DNA from: Candidatus Baldrarchaeota archaeon
GTDB lineage: Archaea; Asgardarchaeota; Baldrarchaeia; Baldrarchaeales; DXJG01
Reading direction: 5' to 3'
DNA length: 32,000 bases
Assembly (NCBI GenBank): GCA_019056805.1
Contig: DXJG01000009.1
Coordinates: 1 to 32,000 of the forward strand
Part shown: one piece after another, positions 15,987 to 25,909 of the stretch
How the letters are laid out: every line of letters starts with the position of its first letter
Numbering within the stretch: the first letter of the stretch is position 1
The notes under the pieces: model-generated
Told to the model about the DNA's origin: nothing
Database searches by the model: none
The model's input: only the letters and a program-made list of their open reading frames with translations
Position numbers and translations under genes: made by a program

Positions 15987-18173
15987 ATGAAGATAGAGAA
16001 ACTCAGTCAAATACCTGGTATTGGCTCAAAAGTTGCAGAAAGACTCATTAAATACATCGGAAGTGAAGAGGAAACAATAAAGGCTATCATTGAAGCAGAT
16101 ATTACTAAGCTTATGTCAGTTCCTGGTATCGGTCAAGGTCTAGCAACTAAAATTATTAGAAATGCGTACTCAATAATTGAAGGAGTTTCCTTGGAAGAGG
16201 TTTTAAAAACATTAGACGCTAGAAAGATGTATGAAAGAATATTAGATATTATTCGCAACTATACTAGAACTAATTATAGTAAAAATAAATTAACGTTATA
16301 TTTTCCTCTTCCTCCTCGAAAAATAAATGTAATGCTTGAGAGATTAAAGTATTTTGCCGAAGCTAAAAGTCTCGTTGAGAATCTGGATGATGAACTATTA
16401 AATAAAATTAAAAATCAGCTTTCTAAGATTAGACCTCTTCGTGCGGGAAAAATCGAGAGACGGATAAGCGATAGGGTTATACTAACCGACGATGAAGAAG
16501 TTTTCAACAAACTACATGAACTAGAATTAAATAAAATTACCAACTTATTCTTAGTTAAACCCGGTGAAAGCTTGGGAGAATACGTTCAGTCCTATGACCT
16601 TGTACTTTTTATTTCTAGTGGTGCGCCTTACGATACTGCCATAGACTATGCTTTTAATGCTGAAGTTGTTGGAAAAGATGTTTCCATTGAGTTTTTAATT
16701 CCAGAACTAGTTATTTCCTTTTTTTCCACAAATTACGAGGTTATCAAAGCTGCTTGTGAACTTGGGAAATATGTTCATTCTCTTCCTGATAAGCCCGCTA
16801 TTACAAAATTTAAAGACCACATTGACCTACAAAAGCTTGAGGATGTAGAAAAATTACTTTTAACTTTAACTGAGAGTGGTGATATAAAAGAAGAAGTTGA
16901 TGAAGAACTAGATAGGTTAAGAAATGCCTTAAACAATCTACAAACCATAATTGGCGATATAGAAGTTCAGATCAACGATGAAGTAAAAGAAAAAATTATG
17001 GAACATAAAGTTATCATTGAAGGAGAACGACTTCTTGATTTACTAAAAGAAGCTGCTGCAAGCGAAGCCGGAAGCGAAAGTCTCAAATCCGTATTTCCAG
17101 AGTTATCTGGTGAACTTTTAGAGGTTATTACTGAAATCTGTCAACGAGCTGAAGATCTTGTATGTCAAAAATTGAAATTAACAGGGGAAGAACTAGAGTT
17201 TGTTGAAGGATTATTTCCAAGAGACCTAATATTACCGATCCAAGCTGATAGTAGAAAAATCAGTTTATTGGAAGATTTTCTTAGAAAAGAGTATACTTTA
17301 AGAAGATATAAAATGCTTAGGGAAATAGCCCTAAAACTTAACGAGTTGAAAAGAAGCGTTGAAGAAGCCGTTAAGACCCTTCTTGATTTTGATCTCTTCT
17401 TTGCGGTTGGTCTTTTTGCTAAAGATTATTCTTTGAATGTTCCTAATTTAAGCGAAGAATATGTAGGCATTGGGTTTACTAAAGGACGAAACCTGTTCTT
17501 AAGGGAACTAGAACTAAAAAGTAAAATCAAAGTTATTCCAGTTGACTATGTTGTTGGGGATGTTTCTATTCAACCGCCTAACACTAACAAAGAAAGAATT
17601 ATTGTTTTAAGTGGAGCAAATAGCGGCGGAAAAACAACACTACTCAATTTAATCGCCCAAATAGTTATACTGGCACAAATGGGCTTTCCTGTTCCTGCAG
17701 ATGAAGTTTATCTATGTCCCTTTGACGAGATATATCTCTTTTCACGTTCAAGAGGTATCATGGACGCTGGAGCTTTCGAAGCAACTCTTAAAAACTTTGC
17801 CAAAGTTATCACAAGTCCTAAAAAGAAACTAGTACTTGTGGACGAGTTAGAAGCCATCACCGAGCCTGGCGCAGCGGCAAAAGTAATTGCAGGAATCTTA
17901 GAACTCCTATATAGTAGTAAGAATACATGTGCAGTCTTTATTAGCCATTTAGCTGAAGAGGTAATGAAAGTTGTAAAGGTTCCTATTAGAGTAGATGGCA
18001 TTGAAGCCAGCGGCTTAGATGAAAATTTAAATTTAATAGTCAATAGAAACCCCATATACAATTATCTCGCTCGATCCACACCCGAATTAATAGTAGAAAG
18101 ACTCTACCGCTTATCTAAGGGAAGCGAAAAAGAAGTTTATGAAAAACTCCTTGAAGAATTTGGAGGAAAATGA
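15987..18173 (+). CDS. Archaeal MutS-family ATPase with N-terminal tandem HhH motifs (MutS5-like; no mismatch-binding domain I visible)
   Basis: IPGIGSKVAERL and VPGIGQGLATKI HhH motifs; Walker A SGANSGGKTT; DAGAFEATL; Walker B LVLVDELE; FISHL. Confidence 0.85.
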   Translation: MKIEKLSQIPGIGSKVAERLIKYIGSEEETIKAIIEADITKLMSVPGIGQGLATKIIRNAYSIIEGVSLEEVLKTLDARKMYERILDIIRNYTRTNYSKNKLTLYFPLPPRKINVMLERLKYFAEAKSLVENLDDELLNKIKNQLSKIRPLRAGKIERRISDRVILTDDEEVFNKLHELELNKITNLFLVKPGESLGEYVQSYDLVLFISSGAPYDTAIDYAFNAEVVGKDVSIEFLIPELVISFFSTNYEVIKAACELGKYVHSLPDKPAITKFKDHIDLQKLEDVEKLLLTLTESGDIKEEVDEELDRLRNALNNLQTIIGDIEVQINDEVKEKIMEHKVIIEGERLLDLLKEAAASEAGSESLKSVFPELSGELLEVITEICQRAEDLVCQKLKLTGEELEFVEGLFPRDLILPIQADSRKISLLEDFLRKEYTLRRYKMLREIALKLNELKRSVEEAVKTLLDFDLFFAVGLFAKDYSLNVPNLSEEYVGIGFTKGRNLFLRELELKSKIKVIPVDYVVGDVSIQPPNTNKERIIVLSGANSGGKTTLLNLIAQIVILAQMGFPVPADEVYLCPFDEIYLFSRSRGIMDAGAFEATLKNFAKVITSPKKKLVLVDELEAITEPGAAAKVIAGILELLYSSKNTCAVFISHLAEEVMKVVKVPIRVDGIEASGLDENLNLIVNRNPIYNYLARSTPELIVERLYRLSKGSEKEVYEKLLEEFGGK

Positions 18174-18179
18174 TACCAA

Positions 18180-18980
18180 ATGAAGAAGATAATAACTTTA
18201 CTAACAGACTTCGGGTTAAAGGACCCTTATGTCGGCGCCATGAAAGGGGTTATACTCTCAATATGTCCAAATGCAAATATAATAGATATTTCCCATGAAA
18301 TTAGAAAATTTGATATTCGACAAGGAGCTTATGTACTCGCTTCAGCTGCTTCCTTTTTTCCAAAGGGTACAATACATGTTGGTGTGGTCGATCCAGGTGT
18401 TGGAACAACTAGAAAACCCATAATCATAGAAACTAAGAAAAGCCTCTATATAGGCCCTGATAACGGGCTCCTTATACTTGCAGCATTAAAAGAAGGAATA
18501 AAAAAGGTAGTTCACATATCAAATAGAAAATATATGCTCCCCCGTATCTCCCACACTTTCCATGGTAGAGATATTTTTGCTCCTGCAGCAGCACACTTAG
18601 CAAACGGTATTCCAATAGAAGAATTTGGGCCTCCACTTGAAAAATATGAAACATTAACCTTTTCAAAACCAAAAATACATAAAAACCATATTGAAGGGGA
18701 AATAATCTACATAGACGACTTCGGCAACATAGTAACCAATATCTACCGTGAACTCTTAGAAAAAATAAGCATAAATGAAGGAGAAATTATAAAAATACTA
18801 TTTAACGATAGAACTGAGAAAGTTCTAAAGATCTGCAAAGCATACAATGAAGTGAAAGAAGGAGAATTTTTAGCTATAATTGGCAGTGGAGATTTCCTTG
18901 AGATATCTATTAACCAAGGAAATGCAGCTAAAAAACTAAATATAAAAGAGGGAACAAAGGTAGTAGTAGAACTGGTTTAA
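18180..18980 (+). CDS. SAM hydroxide adenosyltransferase / chlorinase-fluorinase family (DUF62)
   Basis: ITLLTDFG..DPYVGAMKGVI, IIDISH, HVGVVDPGVGT, GPDNG, TFHGRDIFAP, IDDFGNIVTN, LEISINQG. Confidence 0.93.
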   Translation: MKKIITLLTDFGLKDPYVGAMKGVILSICPNANIIDISHEIRKFDIRQGAYVLASAASFFPKGTIHVGVVDPGVGTTRKPIIIETKKSLYIGPDNGLLILAALKEGIKKVVHISNRKYMLPRISHTFHGRDIFAPAAAHLANGIPIEEFGPPLEKYETLTFSKPKIHKNHIEGEIIYIDDFGNIVTNIYRELLEKISINEGEIIKILFNDRTEKVLKICKAYNEVKEGEFLAIIGSGDFLEISINQGNAAKKLNIKEGTKVVVELV

Positions 18981-19651
18981 AGGCTCAAATTATCTAATCT
19001 TACTATGTATTTTGGACATACTTTGCCGCTTGATGTAAAACGTACACCTTCCTTTTCTAATAGCTGTCTTTTAACACGAACACCACCTTCTGCAGAGTAT
19101 CCACCAAGCTGACCATCGAAATAAACCACTCTGTGACAAGGTACAGCTAATGGAACTGGGTTTTCTGAAAGAACCTTGGCAACTGCTCTAGAATATTTCT
19201 TTCCCCCTAATAATTCAGCTATATCACCATAAGTGGTCACAAAACCTCTAGGAATTTTCATCGTTAAATATAGAACTTTTTTAGCAAAGAAAGAAAGACC
19301 TTCAAGCGAGATCTCCATTGCAGAAAAGAATGTTTTATTCCCTGTCCAAATAGAATGTAATTTATCTATTATTCTTCTGGCAGTGGATATAAAGTCCTTA
19401 TTCATCATCTGCGGCGAATATTTTGAAACGATTAATCCTTTGAAATTAAAATGAACCTTATTTGCAATTGTGAAGGGGATTTTAACTGTAGACAGTTTCC
19501 TAGAAAGCAGGATGGAAAAAAGTGATTGTAAAGTAGATTTAACATTCAACGAAGGTAAAGTGGAACATACTAACTTAATTTGTTCCGTAAAACCGGCAGA
19601 TACCCATAAATCTTCCCTTTTTTCCAAATAAATATAAACTATTATCTTCAT
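18977..19651 (-). CDS. ogt: O6-methylguanine-DNA methyltransferase (MGMT)
   Basis: IPRGFVTTYGDIA, RAVAKVL..NPVPLAVPCHRVV (PCHR active site), GGYS, KRQLLEKEG; ATG abuts the TrmB stop codon. Confidence 0.93.
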   Translation of the reverse strand: MKIIVYIYLEKREDLWVSAGFTEQIKLVCSTLPSLNVKSTLQSLFSILLSRKLSTVKIPFTIANKVHFNFKGLIVSKYSPQMMNKDFISTARRIIDKLHSIWTGNKTFFSAMEISLEGLSFFAKKVLYLTMKIPRGFVTTYGDIAELLGGKKYSRAVAKVLSENPVPLAVPCHRVVYFDGQLGGYSAEGGVRVKRQLLEKEGVRFTSSGKVCPKYIVRLDNLSL

Positions 19652-20425
19652 TCACTCCCTAAATTTAATGGTATCTGGCATATTCCATAAATAATAGAAG
19701 TAATCTCTAGCCAGAGTAGCCAATTCTATGTGTGTACTCCAAATAGCTAATACCGTATTCCTATCTTTTTCAGCCAAAAGTAACATTACCTCGTGATCAT
19801 CCACAATAACTCCTCCGCCATATAGCCGGTCTCTTATCCTAACCTCACCATATCTGTTCAATTTAGATAATATTTCTGGCTTAGAACTGCTAGAAGTTAA
19901 TATTTCAACTTTAATATTTCGAAGCCTTAAACTTCTAAGAGTATCTTCAATTACCTTAACATCTTCGACATTTATTTCGCTCATAGATATCATTACCTTT
20001 TTCTTAGCACCCTCAAACATTTCTGTTATTCTCGCCAAAATGTTTTCGATTCCTCTTATTATGTAAACCTTAGGTCTCTCGATTGACACCTGTTTTTCAT
20101 ATAGGGGCTGTAATCTTTCGATTACAATGTTTTCATAATTTTCTAATTGCTTTTCTAATTCGGTTTTAACAGTTTTGACTGCTTCGGAAGGTGAGTGAGG
20201 CTTATAAAGTTTAGGTCTTCCACTTAAAGCTTCTATCCAACCCTTTTTTTCTAAACGAGTCAAAACTTCATAAATTCTACTATAAGGTATACCTGAAATA
20301 GAGCTAATTTCAGCTGCAGTCATGGAGCCATTTTCTAATAATGTAATATATACCCTTGCCTCATATTCTGTAAGCCCAAGACCCTTTAATGCTTGAAATA
20401 TTTCCATATCTTCCAAGCCAAACAC
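19652..20425 (-). CDS. TrmB-family transcriptional regulator
   Basis: LGLTEYEARVYITLL, SGIPYSRIYEVLTRLEKKGWI wHTH; C-terminal effector domain (IVDDHEVML). Confidence 0.92.
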   Translation of the reverse strand: MFGLEDMEIFQALKGLGLTEYEARVYITLLENGSMTAAEISSISGIPYSRIYEVLTRLEKKGWIEALSGRPKLYKPHSPSEAVKTVKTELEKQLENYENIVIERLQPLYEKQVSIERPKVYIIRGIENILARITEMFEGAKKKVMISMSEINVEDVKVIEDTLRSLRLRNIKVEILTSSSSKPEILSKLNRYGEVRIRDRLYGGGVIVDDHEVMLLLAEKDRNTVLAIWSTHIELATLARDYFYYLWNMPDTIKFRE

Positions 20426-20569
20426 CTTAAAACCCTAAACTGCTAAATAAGTGTTGAACTATGATGAGATAACTATACCATATTAACCAATAACTTTATT
20501 CATATACTTTAGAAAACATTACGGTCTTCTAAATCTTAAGGCAAATAACAATTATGTTAAACGATCGGG

Positions 20570-21634
20570 GTGAGTAGTATGATAGAAGTAGATGGAAGCT
20601 TTGGCGAGGGTGGCGGACAACTATTACGTTACAGTGTTGCTCTCTCAGCAATACTTGGATCTCCAATTAAAGTTTATAATATAAGAGCAAAAAGATCTAA
20701 TCCAGGTCTTCGTCCTCAACATATGACTGCTGTAAAGCTTATAGCTTCTATAGTTGATGCAGAAGTTGAAGGATTAAAAGTCGGGTCAACGTCTATTATA
20801 TTTAAGCCTAAGACCCCACCTAAAGGTGGAAATTACAATATGAATATTGGAACTGCTGGAAGCATATCCCTTGTTCTTCAAGCTTCGCTTCCAGTCTTAA
20901 CCTTCGCTACCAATACAGTAACGCTTAGATTAATTGGTGGAACCTCTGTTAGGTGGAGTCCTCCAGTACCATATCTTAAGGAAGTACTTCTTCCATTGCT
21001 CAAAAAAATGGGTGTTAAAGCGGAAGTTAGGATTTTAAAGAGAGGATTTTATCCACAGGGTGGAGGTCTTGTAGAAGTACAAGTTGAACCTGTAGATTTT
21101 CTTTCTCCAATTAGATTAGAAACGTTTAGCGAAATTAGAGAAATCAAGGGAATTTCTTATTGTTCTAATTTACCTTCTCATGTCGCCATCCGACAAGCAA
21201 ATAGTGCAAAAGAAGTTTTGAGAAAAGCTGGATATGAAAATGTGGAAATTGAAATAGATATCAAAACTCCAAGCCCAAGCAGGGGAAGTGGCATAGTTCT
21301 ATGGGCGTTAACAGATACTGGTATTGCTGGTGGGGACGCTATTGGAGAACGCGGCAAGAGAGCAGAAATAGTTGGACAAGAAGCAGCCGAAAAGTTGATC
21401 AAAGCTTTGAGAAGCAAAGTTCCTGTTGACGACCACGCATTAGACAACCTTATTATCTATATGTCATTGGCAAAAGGAGAATCTTACATATTTGCTAGAG
21501 AATTAACCTCCCATGCCAAAACAGCAATGAAACTTTGTGAAGACATTACTGGAGCAAAATTTAGTGTCGAAAAAGAAGAAGATCACATAAAAATATTTTG
21601 CAAAGGAATCGGAGTGACAAGAAAAGTTAAATAA
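20570..21634 (+). CDS. rtcA: RNA 3'-terminal phosphate cyclase
   Basis: IEVDGSFGEGGGQLLR, NIRAKRSNPGLRPQH, TAGSISLVLQ, GGT, RGFYPQGGG, GKRAEIVG, VDDH catalytic His region. Confidence 0.95.
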   Translation: MSSMIEVDGSFGEGGGQLLRYSVALSAILGSPIKVYNIRAKRSNPGLRPQHMTAVKLIASIVDAEVEGLKVGSTSIIFKPKTPPKGGNYNMNIGTAGSISLVLQASLPVLTFATNTVTLRLIGGTSVRWSPPVPYLKEVLLPLLKKMGVKAEVRILKRGFYPQGGGLVEVQVEPVDFLSPIRLETFSEIREIKGISYCSNLPSHVAIRQANSAKEVLRKAGYENVEIEIDIKTPSPSRGSGIVLWALTDTGIAGGDAIGERGKRAEIVGQEAAEKLIKALRSKVPVDDHALDNLIIYMSLAKGESYIFARELTSHAKTAMKLCEDITGAKFSVEKEEDHIKIFCKGIGVTRKVK

Positions 21635-21681
21635 GGAGCGATCAGAACTTATAACATAAGATTGATGTGTTCTTCTAGTTT

Positions 21682-22692
21682 TTAAGAGGACTTCTCAAAA
21701 AAGGATCGGAATTTTTCTATTAATTCTTTTATTCCTATTCCTTTTAGAGCAGCCATTTCTATAACATCATCTCCAACTACCTTTTTTGCTTTCTCTAACA
21801 TTTCTGGCGGAGAAACATCTACTTTGTTTATTGTGGGTATTATCGGTATGTTAAAAGATTTCTTAATATCATTATAAAGGGAAAGCTGCATATCCAAAGA
21901 ATAACCGCACGTTTCGGAAGGATCTACCATAAAAACTATTAGATCTGCTACGTGACGAAGCGCCATAATTGCCTGCAGTTCTATTCTATTTCTTTCAGTT
22001 AAAGGACGATCTAAGAGTCCCGGAGTATCCAAAATTTGATACACTCTACCATTCAACTTAATATGTCCTAGTATGAGCGTTTTTGTAGTAAATGGATATG
22101 TTGCTATCTCAGGTTTTGCTGTTGAAACAACCCTTACTAAAGTGCTTTTTCCCACATTAGGCGGTCCAGCAACTACTATTGTTGGCATATCAGGATCTAT
22201 TGAAGGCAATCTTTTAAGCTTCGATCTAGCATCCTCTAGAAAAATAAGTCTTTCATTTAATTTTTTTACAAACGAAGCTATTCTCCCATATGCAGCTTTT
22301 CTCTCTTTTGCCGCTTCATTCGGATCGTTCGCTCTTCTTATCCTTCTTATATGTTCAGTTGCTATTTTCATGATAACCCTTGCAGCTCCCCGTAGTGATG
22401 CTAAATATTTTTTTAAATTATCTACGCCAACAAGTACATCCGTTAAATCCCTGTAGAATGGATGAAGATCATTTATTTTTGGAAATTGTTTTACAATATT
22501 GTTAAATCTAGCGTAGAGAAACTGAGCTACCTTTCTTACTCTTGCTTCTTCCCTTCTTTTAGCCTTTAACAATGGTGGCAATTTTTGTGGAAGCGAAATT
22601 TCTACTTTTGATGCTCTACGAAAAGCCATGTCTATAAATTTATCAGCGTCCTGTATAGGTTTAATTCTAGTAAATGGATTCATGTTCTCCAC
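21682..22692 (-). CDS. NOG1-family GTPase (ribosome biogenesis)
   Basis: LHPFY, G1 GPPNVGKST, PEIATYPFTTK, G3 DTPGLLDRP, RNRIE, DPSETCGY, G4 NKVD. Confidence 0.95.
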   Translation of the reverse strand: MENMNPFTRIKPIQDADKFIDMAFRRASKVEISLPQKLPPLLKAKRREEARVRKVAQFLYARFNNIVKQFPKINDLHPFYRDLTDVLVGVDNLKKYLASLRGAARVIMKIATEHIRRIRRANDPNEAAKERKAAYGRIASFVKKLNERLIFLEDARSKLKRLPSIDPDMPTIVVAGPPNVGKSTLVRVVSTAKPEIATYPFTTKTLILGHIKLNGRVYQILDTPGLLDRPLTERNRIELQAIMALRHVADLIVFMVDPSETCGYSLDMQLSLYNDIKKSFNIPIIPTINKVDVSPPEMLEKAKKVVGDDVIEMAALKGIGIKELIEKFRSFFEKSS

Positions 22693-22951
22693 TCTTCCTT
22701 TTTGACCACAATATTTCTCCAGTCTTCTTATTTTTGATCTCTAATATTCTGTGAAAGGGAATATACGTTTCTTCCCCTATTTCATTTATGTAAATAAATG
22801 CAGACGATTTTACTTCCTTAATCATCATCATTGAAATCGTTTTTTGATCTTGATAAGCCCCTCTATGTATAAAAGTTATCTCATAATCTCCTATGTTCTT
22901 CTTTTCATCAGGATCCCACAAGATCTTGTTAAAAATTTCCTTAATCTTCAT
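22667..22951 (-). CDS. DUF504 / MJ1316-family RNA repair-associated domain protein
   Basis: IKEIFNKILWDP, ITFIHRG, YIPFHRILEI..KKTGEILW family pattern; overlaps the NOG1 start by 26 nt. Track start is 22972. Confidence 0.85.
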   Translation of the reverse strand: MKIKEIFNKILWDPDEKKNIGDYEITFIHRGAYQDQKTISMMMIKEVKSSAFIYINEIGEETYIPFHRILEIKNKKTGEILWSKRKSGEHESIY

Positions 22952-23202
22952 TTTTCCTTTTCTTCTCTTCAACTAAACGAATCCCACCAAAATATGTTTT
23001 TCATCAAATTATAACGAATTAAATCTTTTTATGTTCCAAATGGGACCTTGGTTTATGAAAGTTTTCATGAAACTCGCCTTTCATTAATGTTAGCTAAGTT
23101 TGTGAAGCAGGGTTTAGTACTCATTTGAAATATCATTTATAATTAACCATTCTATCAATATTGATAAAAATTCTTAATAACTCATGTTATCGGGGTTACT
23201 TT

Positions 23203-24444
23203 ATGGTCACTCTACTACTAAGATATACAAAGTGGAACAAATATTCATTTGCCGCACTAGTAGGAGCCCTAGAAGCAGATAGTAGATTTAAGAATTTAAA
23301 AATTTCTTTTTTGAAAAATATAATTCAAGATATTCAACAAGTATTAGATAATGAAGAGTTATGTGTAGTTGCTTATTCACTCCTTTCTTCTCACTTTCTT
23401 AGTATGCAAAGAGAAGTTAAGGAGATTAAAGAAAAATTCGAAGGAAATGTATTTTTAGTTGCTGGTGGACCTCATGCTACAGCCCGTCCTAAACAAGTTT
23501 TGGAAGCTGGATTTGATGCTGTTATAATTGGTGAAGGAGAAAAAAGTTTTCCAGAGTTGCTTTACAGAATAGTTAAAGGATATGAATGGAATGATATACC
23601 CGGTGTAGCCTTCTTTGATCCATCTAGTAATTTTCATGTGAATCCTCCACAAAGAATAGATAATTTAGATGATTTTCCACCTTTTTCTCTTAGATATAGT
23701 TTATTTTCTCCTATTGAAATTAGTAGAGGATGTCCTTTCGGTTGTAAGATGTGTCAGACTCCTCGAATTTTTGGTTTTAAAATGAGACATAGAAGTATAG
23801 ATTGTATTGTTAAATGGGCTAAAATCGCTGTTAAACGCGGCTATGATAAAATGTGGTTTATTTCCCCGAATTCTTTTGCCTATGGAAGTGTCACTGGTAA
23901 AGAATTGAAAATTGAAAAAATTGAGAAGTTGCTTAAAGCGATTTCGGAAATAAATAAGCTTGAAGGCATATATTTTGGTACTTTTCCTTCTGAGGTTAGA
24001 CCCGAATTTGTCACAAAAGAAGTTTTAGATGTGGTTTCTAAATATGTTTCTAACGATAGAATCATTATTGGTGCTCAAAGTGGAAGTCAGAGAATTTTGA
24101 ATATAATTAATAGAGGGCATACCATTGATGATGTTTATCTAGCCATAGATAATCTTCTTGATTACGGATTTATTCCTGATGTAGATCTTATTTTTGGCTT
24201 TCCCTTCGAAAGTGATGAAGACAGAAAGTTAACTCTCAAGATGACTAGATATTTGATTAGCAAGGGATGCAGAATTCATGCACATGTTTTTATGCCTCTT
24301 CCTGGTACTCCTTTCGAAAATTTTCCTCCTGGTAAACTCGATAATAAGACAAAAAAAGTTCTAGGTGATTTAGCAAGAAGGGGGCTATTGTACGGGTCTT
24401 GGGCCACCCAAGAAAAACTTGCAGAAATCTTATCTAGACTTTAG
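23203..24444 (+). CDS. B12-binding-domain radical SAM protein (TIGR04013 / MJ1487-like)
   Basis: YSFAALVGALE, VAGGPHATA, GEGE, IEISRGCPFGCKMCQTP, PNSFAYG, FPSEVRPE, GAQSGS, HVFMPLPGTP. Track start is 23161 (TTG). Confidence 0.85.
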   Translation: MVTLLLRYTKWNKYSFAALVGALEADSRFKNLKISFLKNIIQDIQQVLDNEELCVVAYSLLSSHFLSMQREVKEIKEKFEGNVFLVAGGPHATARPKQVLEAGFDAVIIGEGEKSFPELLYRIVKGYEWNDIPGVAFFDPSSNFHVNPPQRIDNLDDFPPFSLRYSLFSPIEISRGCPFGCKMCQTPRIFGFKMRHRSIDCIVKWAKIAVKRGYDKMWFISPNSFAYGSVTGKELKIEKIEKLLKAISEINKLEGIYFGTFPSEVRPEFVTKEVLDVVSKYVSNDRIIIGAQSGSQRILNIINRGHTIDDVYLAIDNLLDYGFIPDVDLIFGFPFESDEDRKLTLKMTRYLISKGCRIHAHVFMPLPGTPFENFPPGKLDNKTKKVLGDLARRGLLYGSWATQEKLAEILSRL

Positions 24445-24487
24445 TAAAGGTTAACTTAAATGTCTAAATATTGATTATAGTTTATGG

Positions 24488-25138
24488 GTGTGGGAGAGGT
24501 TTTCTATGCTCAACAATATTATTAGTAAAATTAGGAAAGTACTTGATGAAAAAGATCAGGTGAGAGAGAGCACTCTGAAAATCACTAGAGAAGTTGTTAG
24601 ATTGTCAAGTGAGGCTATTAGATCCCTTCACAGGGGGGATTTTCAAACCGCAGAAAACCTGATTAAAGAAATAAAAATAATGCTTGAAAACCTAGCATCA
24701 GAGTTAAAAGAGCATCCTGAGATCTATTTTAGTGGATATGTTTATTCTGCCTATCAGGAATATGTCGAAGCAGCTGTACTTTCGTCAATTTTAAAAGGAG
24801 ATAAAATACCGTCACCTGAGGATCTAAAAACTCCTTATGTTCCTTATCTTTTAGGGCTTGGTGACGTGGTTGGTGAACTTAGGAGACAGCTTCTCGATGC
24901 CATACGAAAAGATCAGCTAGAAAAAGGAGAATTCTTCTTAGGGGTTATAGAAGAAATTTACGAGGCTTTATCAACTTTAGGCTATCCTAATGCTATTGTT
25001 CCAGGCTTAAGACATAAATGCGACGTTGCACGAAGCATATTAGAAAAGGCTCGTGGAGATCTTACGAATGCCATACATAGAGAGAGACTTCTCAAGGGAA
25101 TAAAATCCCTCGCAGAAAAACTGAATGTACAATCCTAA
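24488..25138 (+). CDS. Translin/TRAX (archaeal C3PO-type) RNase
   Basis: LDEKDQVRE..LKITRE, AIRSLHRG, YQEYVEA, YLLGLGDVVGELRR (acidic catalytic positions), LRHKCD. Start may be ATG 24506. Confidence 0.9.
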   Translation: MWERFSMLNNIISKIRKVLDEKDQVRESTLKITREVVRLSSEAIRSLHRGDFQTAENLIKEIKIMLENLASELKEHPEIYFSGYVYSAYQEYVEAAVLSSILKGDKIPSPEDLKTPYVPYLLGLGDVVGELRRQLLDAIRKDQLEKGEFFLGVIEEIYEALSTLGYPNAIVPGLRHKCDVARSILEKARGDLTNAIHRERLLKGIKSLAEKLNVQS

Positions 25139-25240
25139 GTGTGCAACAAGCTTAAGTTTCTACATTAATTATTTATTTTAAAAGACATTAATTCCAACAT
25201 AAGTTTCCTTCTCCTCCGACGACTGCTCTATGGTGATTTT

Positions 25241-25909
25241 ATGAAAACTAGATTTTTCTCTATTGAAAGAGCTAGAAAAGCTCAACGATTACTTGCAAAG
25301 ATGGTTATTGAAAAAAATAACTTTCCCTATCCTCCTAGAACTGTTGGTGGGGTTGATGTTGCTTACGTAGGTGATTATGCTATAGCAGCAGTGGTTGTCA
25401 TGGATTATAACACTTTAGAAGTTAAAGAAAAAGCCGTGAACGTAGTTAAAGTTAAATTTCCATATGTCCCAACGCTTTTATCATTTAGAGAATGTTACCC
25501 GATGATAAAGGCTATAAAAAAACTTAAAGAACTACCTGATATTCTTATGGTTGATGCTCAAGGAAGACTTCATCCCTTTAGACTTGGCGCTGCAAGCCAC
25601 CTAGGAGTTGTACTTGACATTCCAACGATAGGTGTAGCCAAAAAACTACTTTGCGGCAATATCGGAGAAAGAACAAATAATTGGGCTCCAATCTATGACA
25701 AAGGTGAACTTATAGGAGCAGCGGTGTGGACCAAAAAGAATACAAAACCAATATTCGTTAGCGTCGGACATCGTGTAACGCTTAAGACAGCTATTGAAAT
25801 TACAATTAACACGTGCAAGAAATACAAGCTACCCGAGCCAATCAGACAAGCTCATATTGCTGCAACACTGGAAAGAAGATTAATCAAGGAAGGTGTTGAA
25901 CTTGGATGA
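25241..25909 (+). CDS. nfi: Endonuclease V (deoxyinosine/inosine nuclease)
   Basis: GGVDVAY, FPYVPTLLSFRE, MVDAQGRLHP, IGVAK, PIFVSVGH, KLPEPIRQAH. Confidence 0.95.
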   Translation: MKTRFFSIERARKAQRLLAKMVIEKNNFPYPPRTVGGVDVAYVGDYAIAAVVVMDYNTLEVKEKAVNVVKVKFPYVPTLLSFRECYPMIKAIKKLKELPDILMVDAQGRLHPFRLGAASHLGVVLDIPTIGVAKKLLCGNIGERTNNWAPIYDKGELIGAAVWTKKNTKPIFVSVGHRVTLKTAIEITINTCKKYKLPEPIRQAHIAATLERRLIKEGVELG

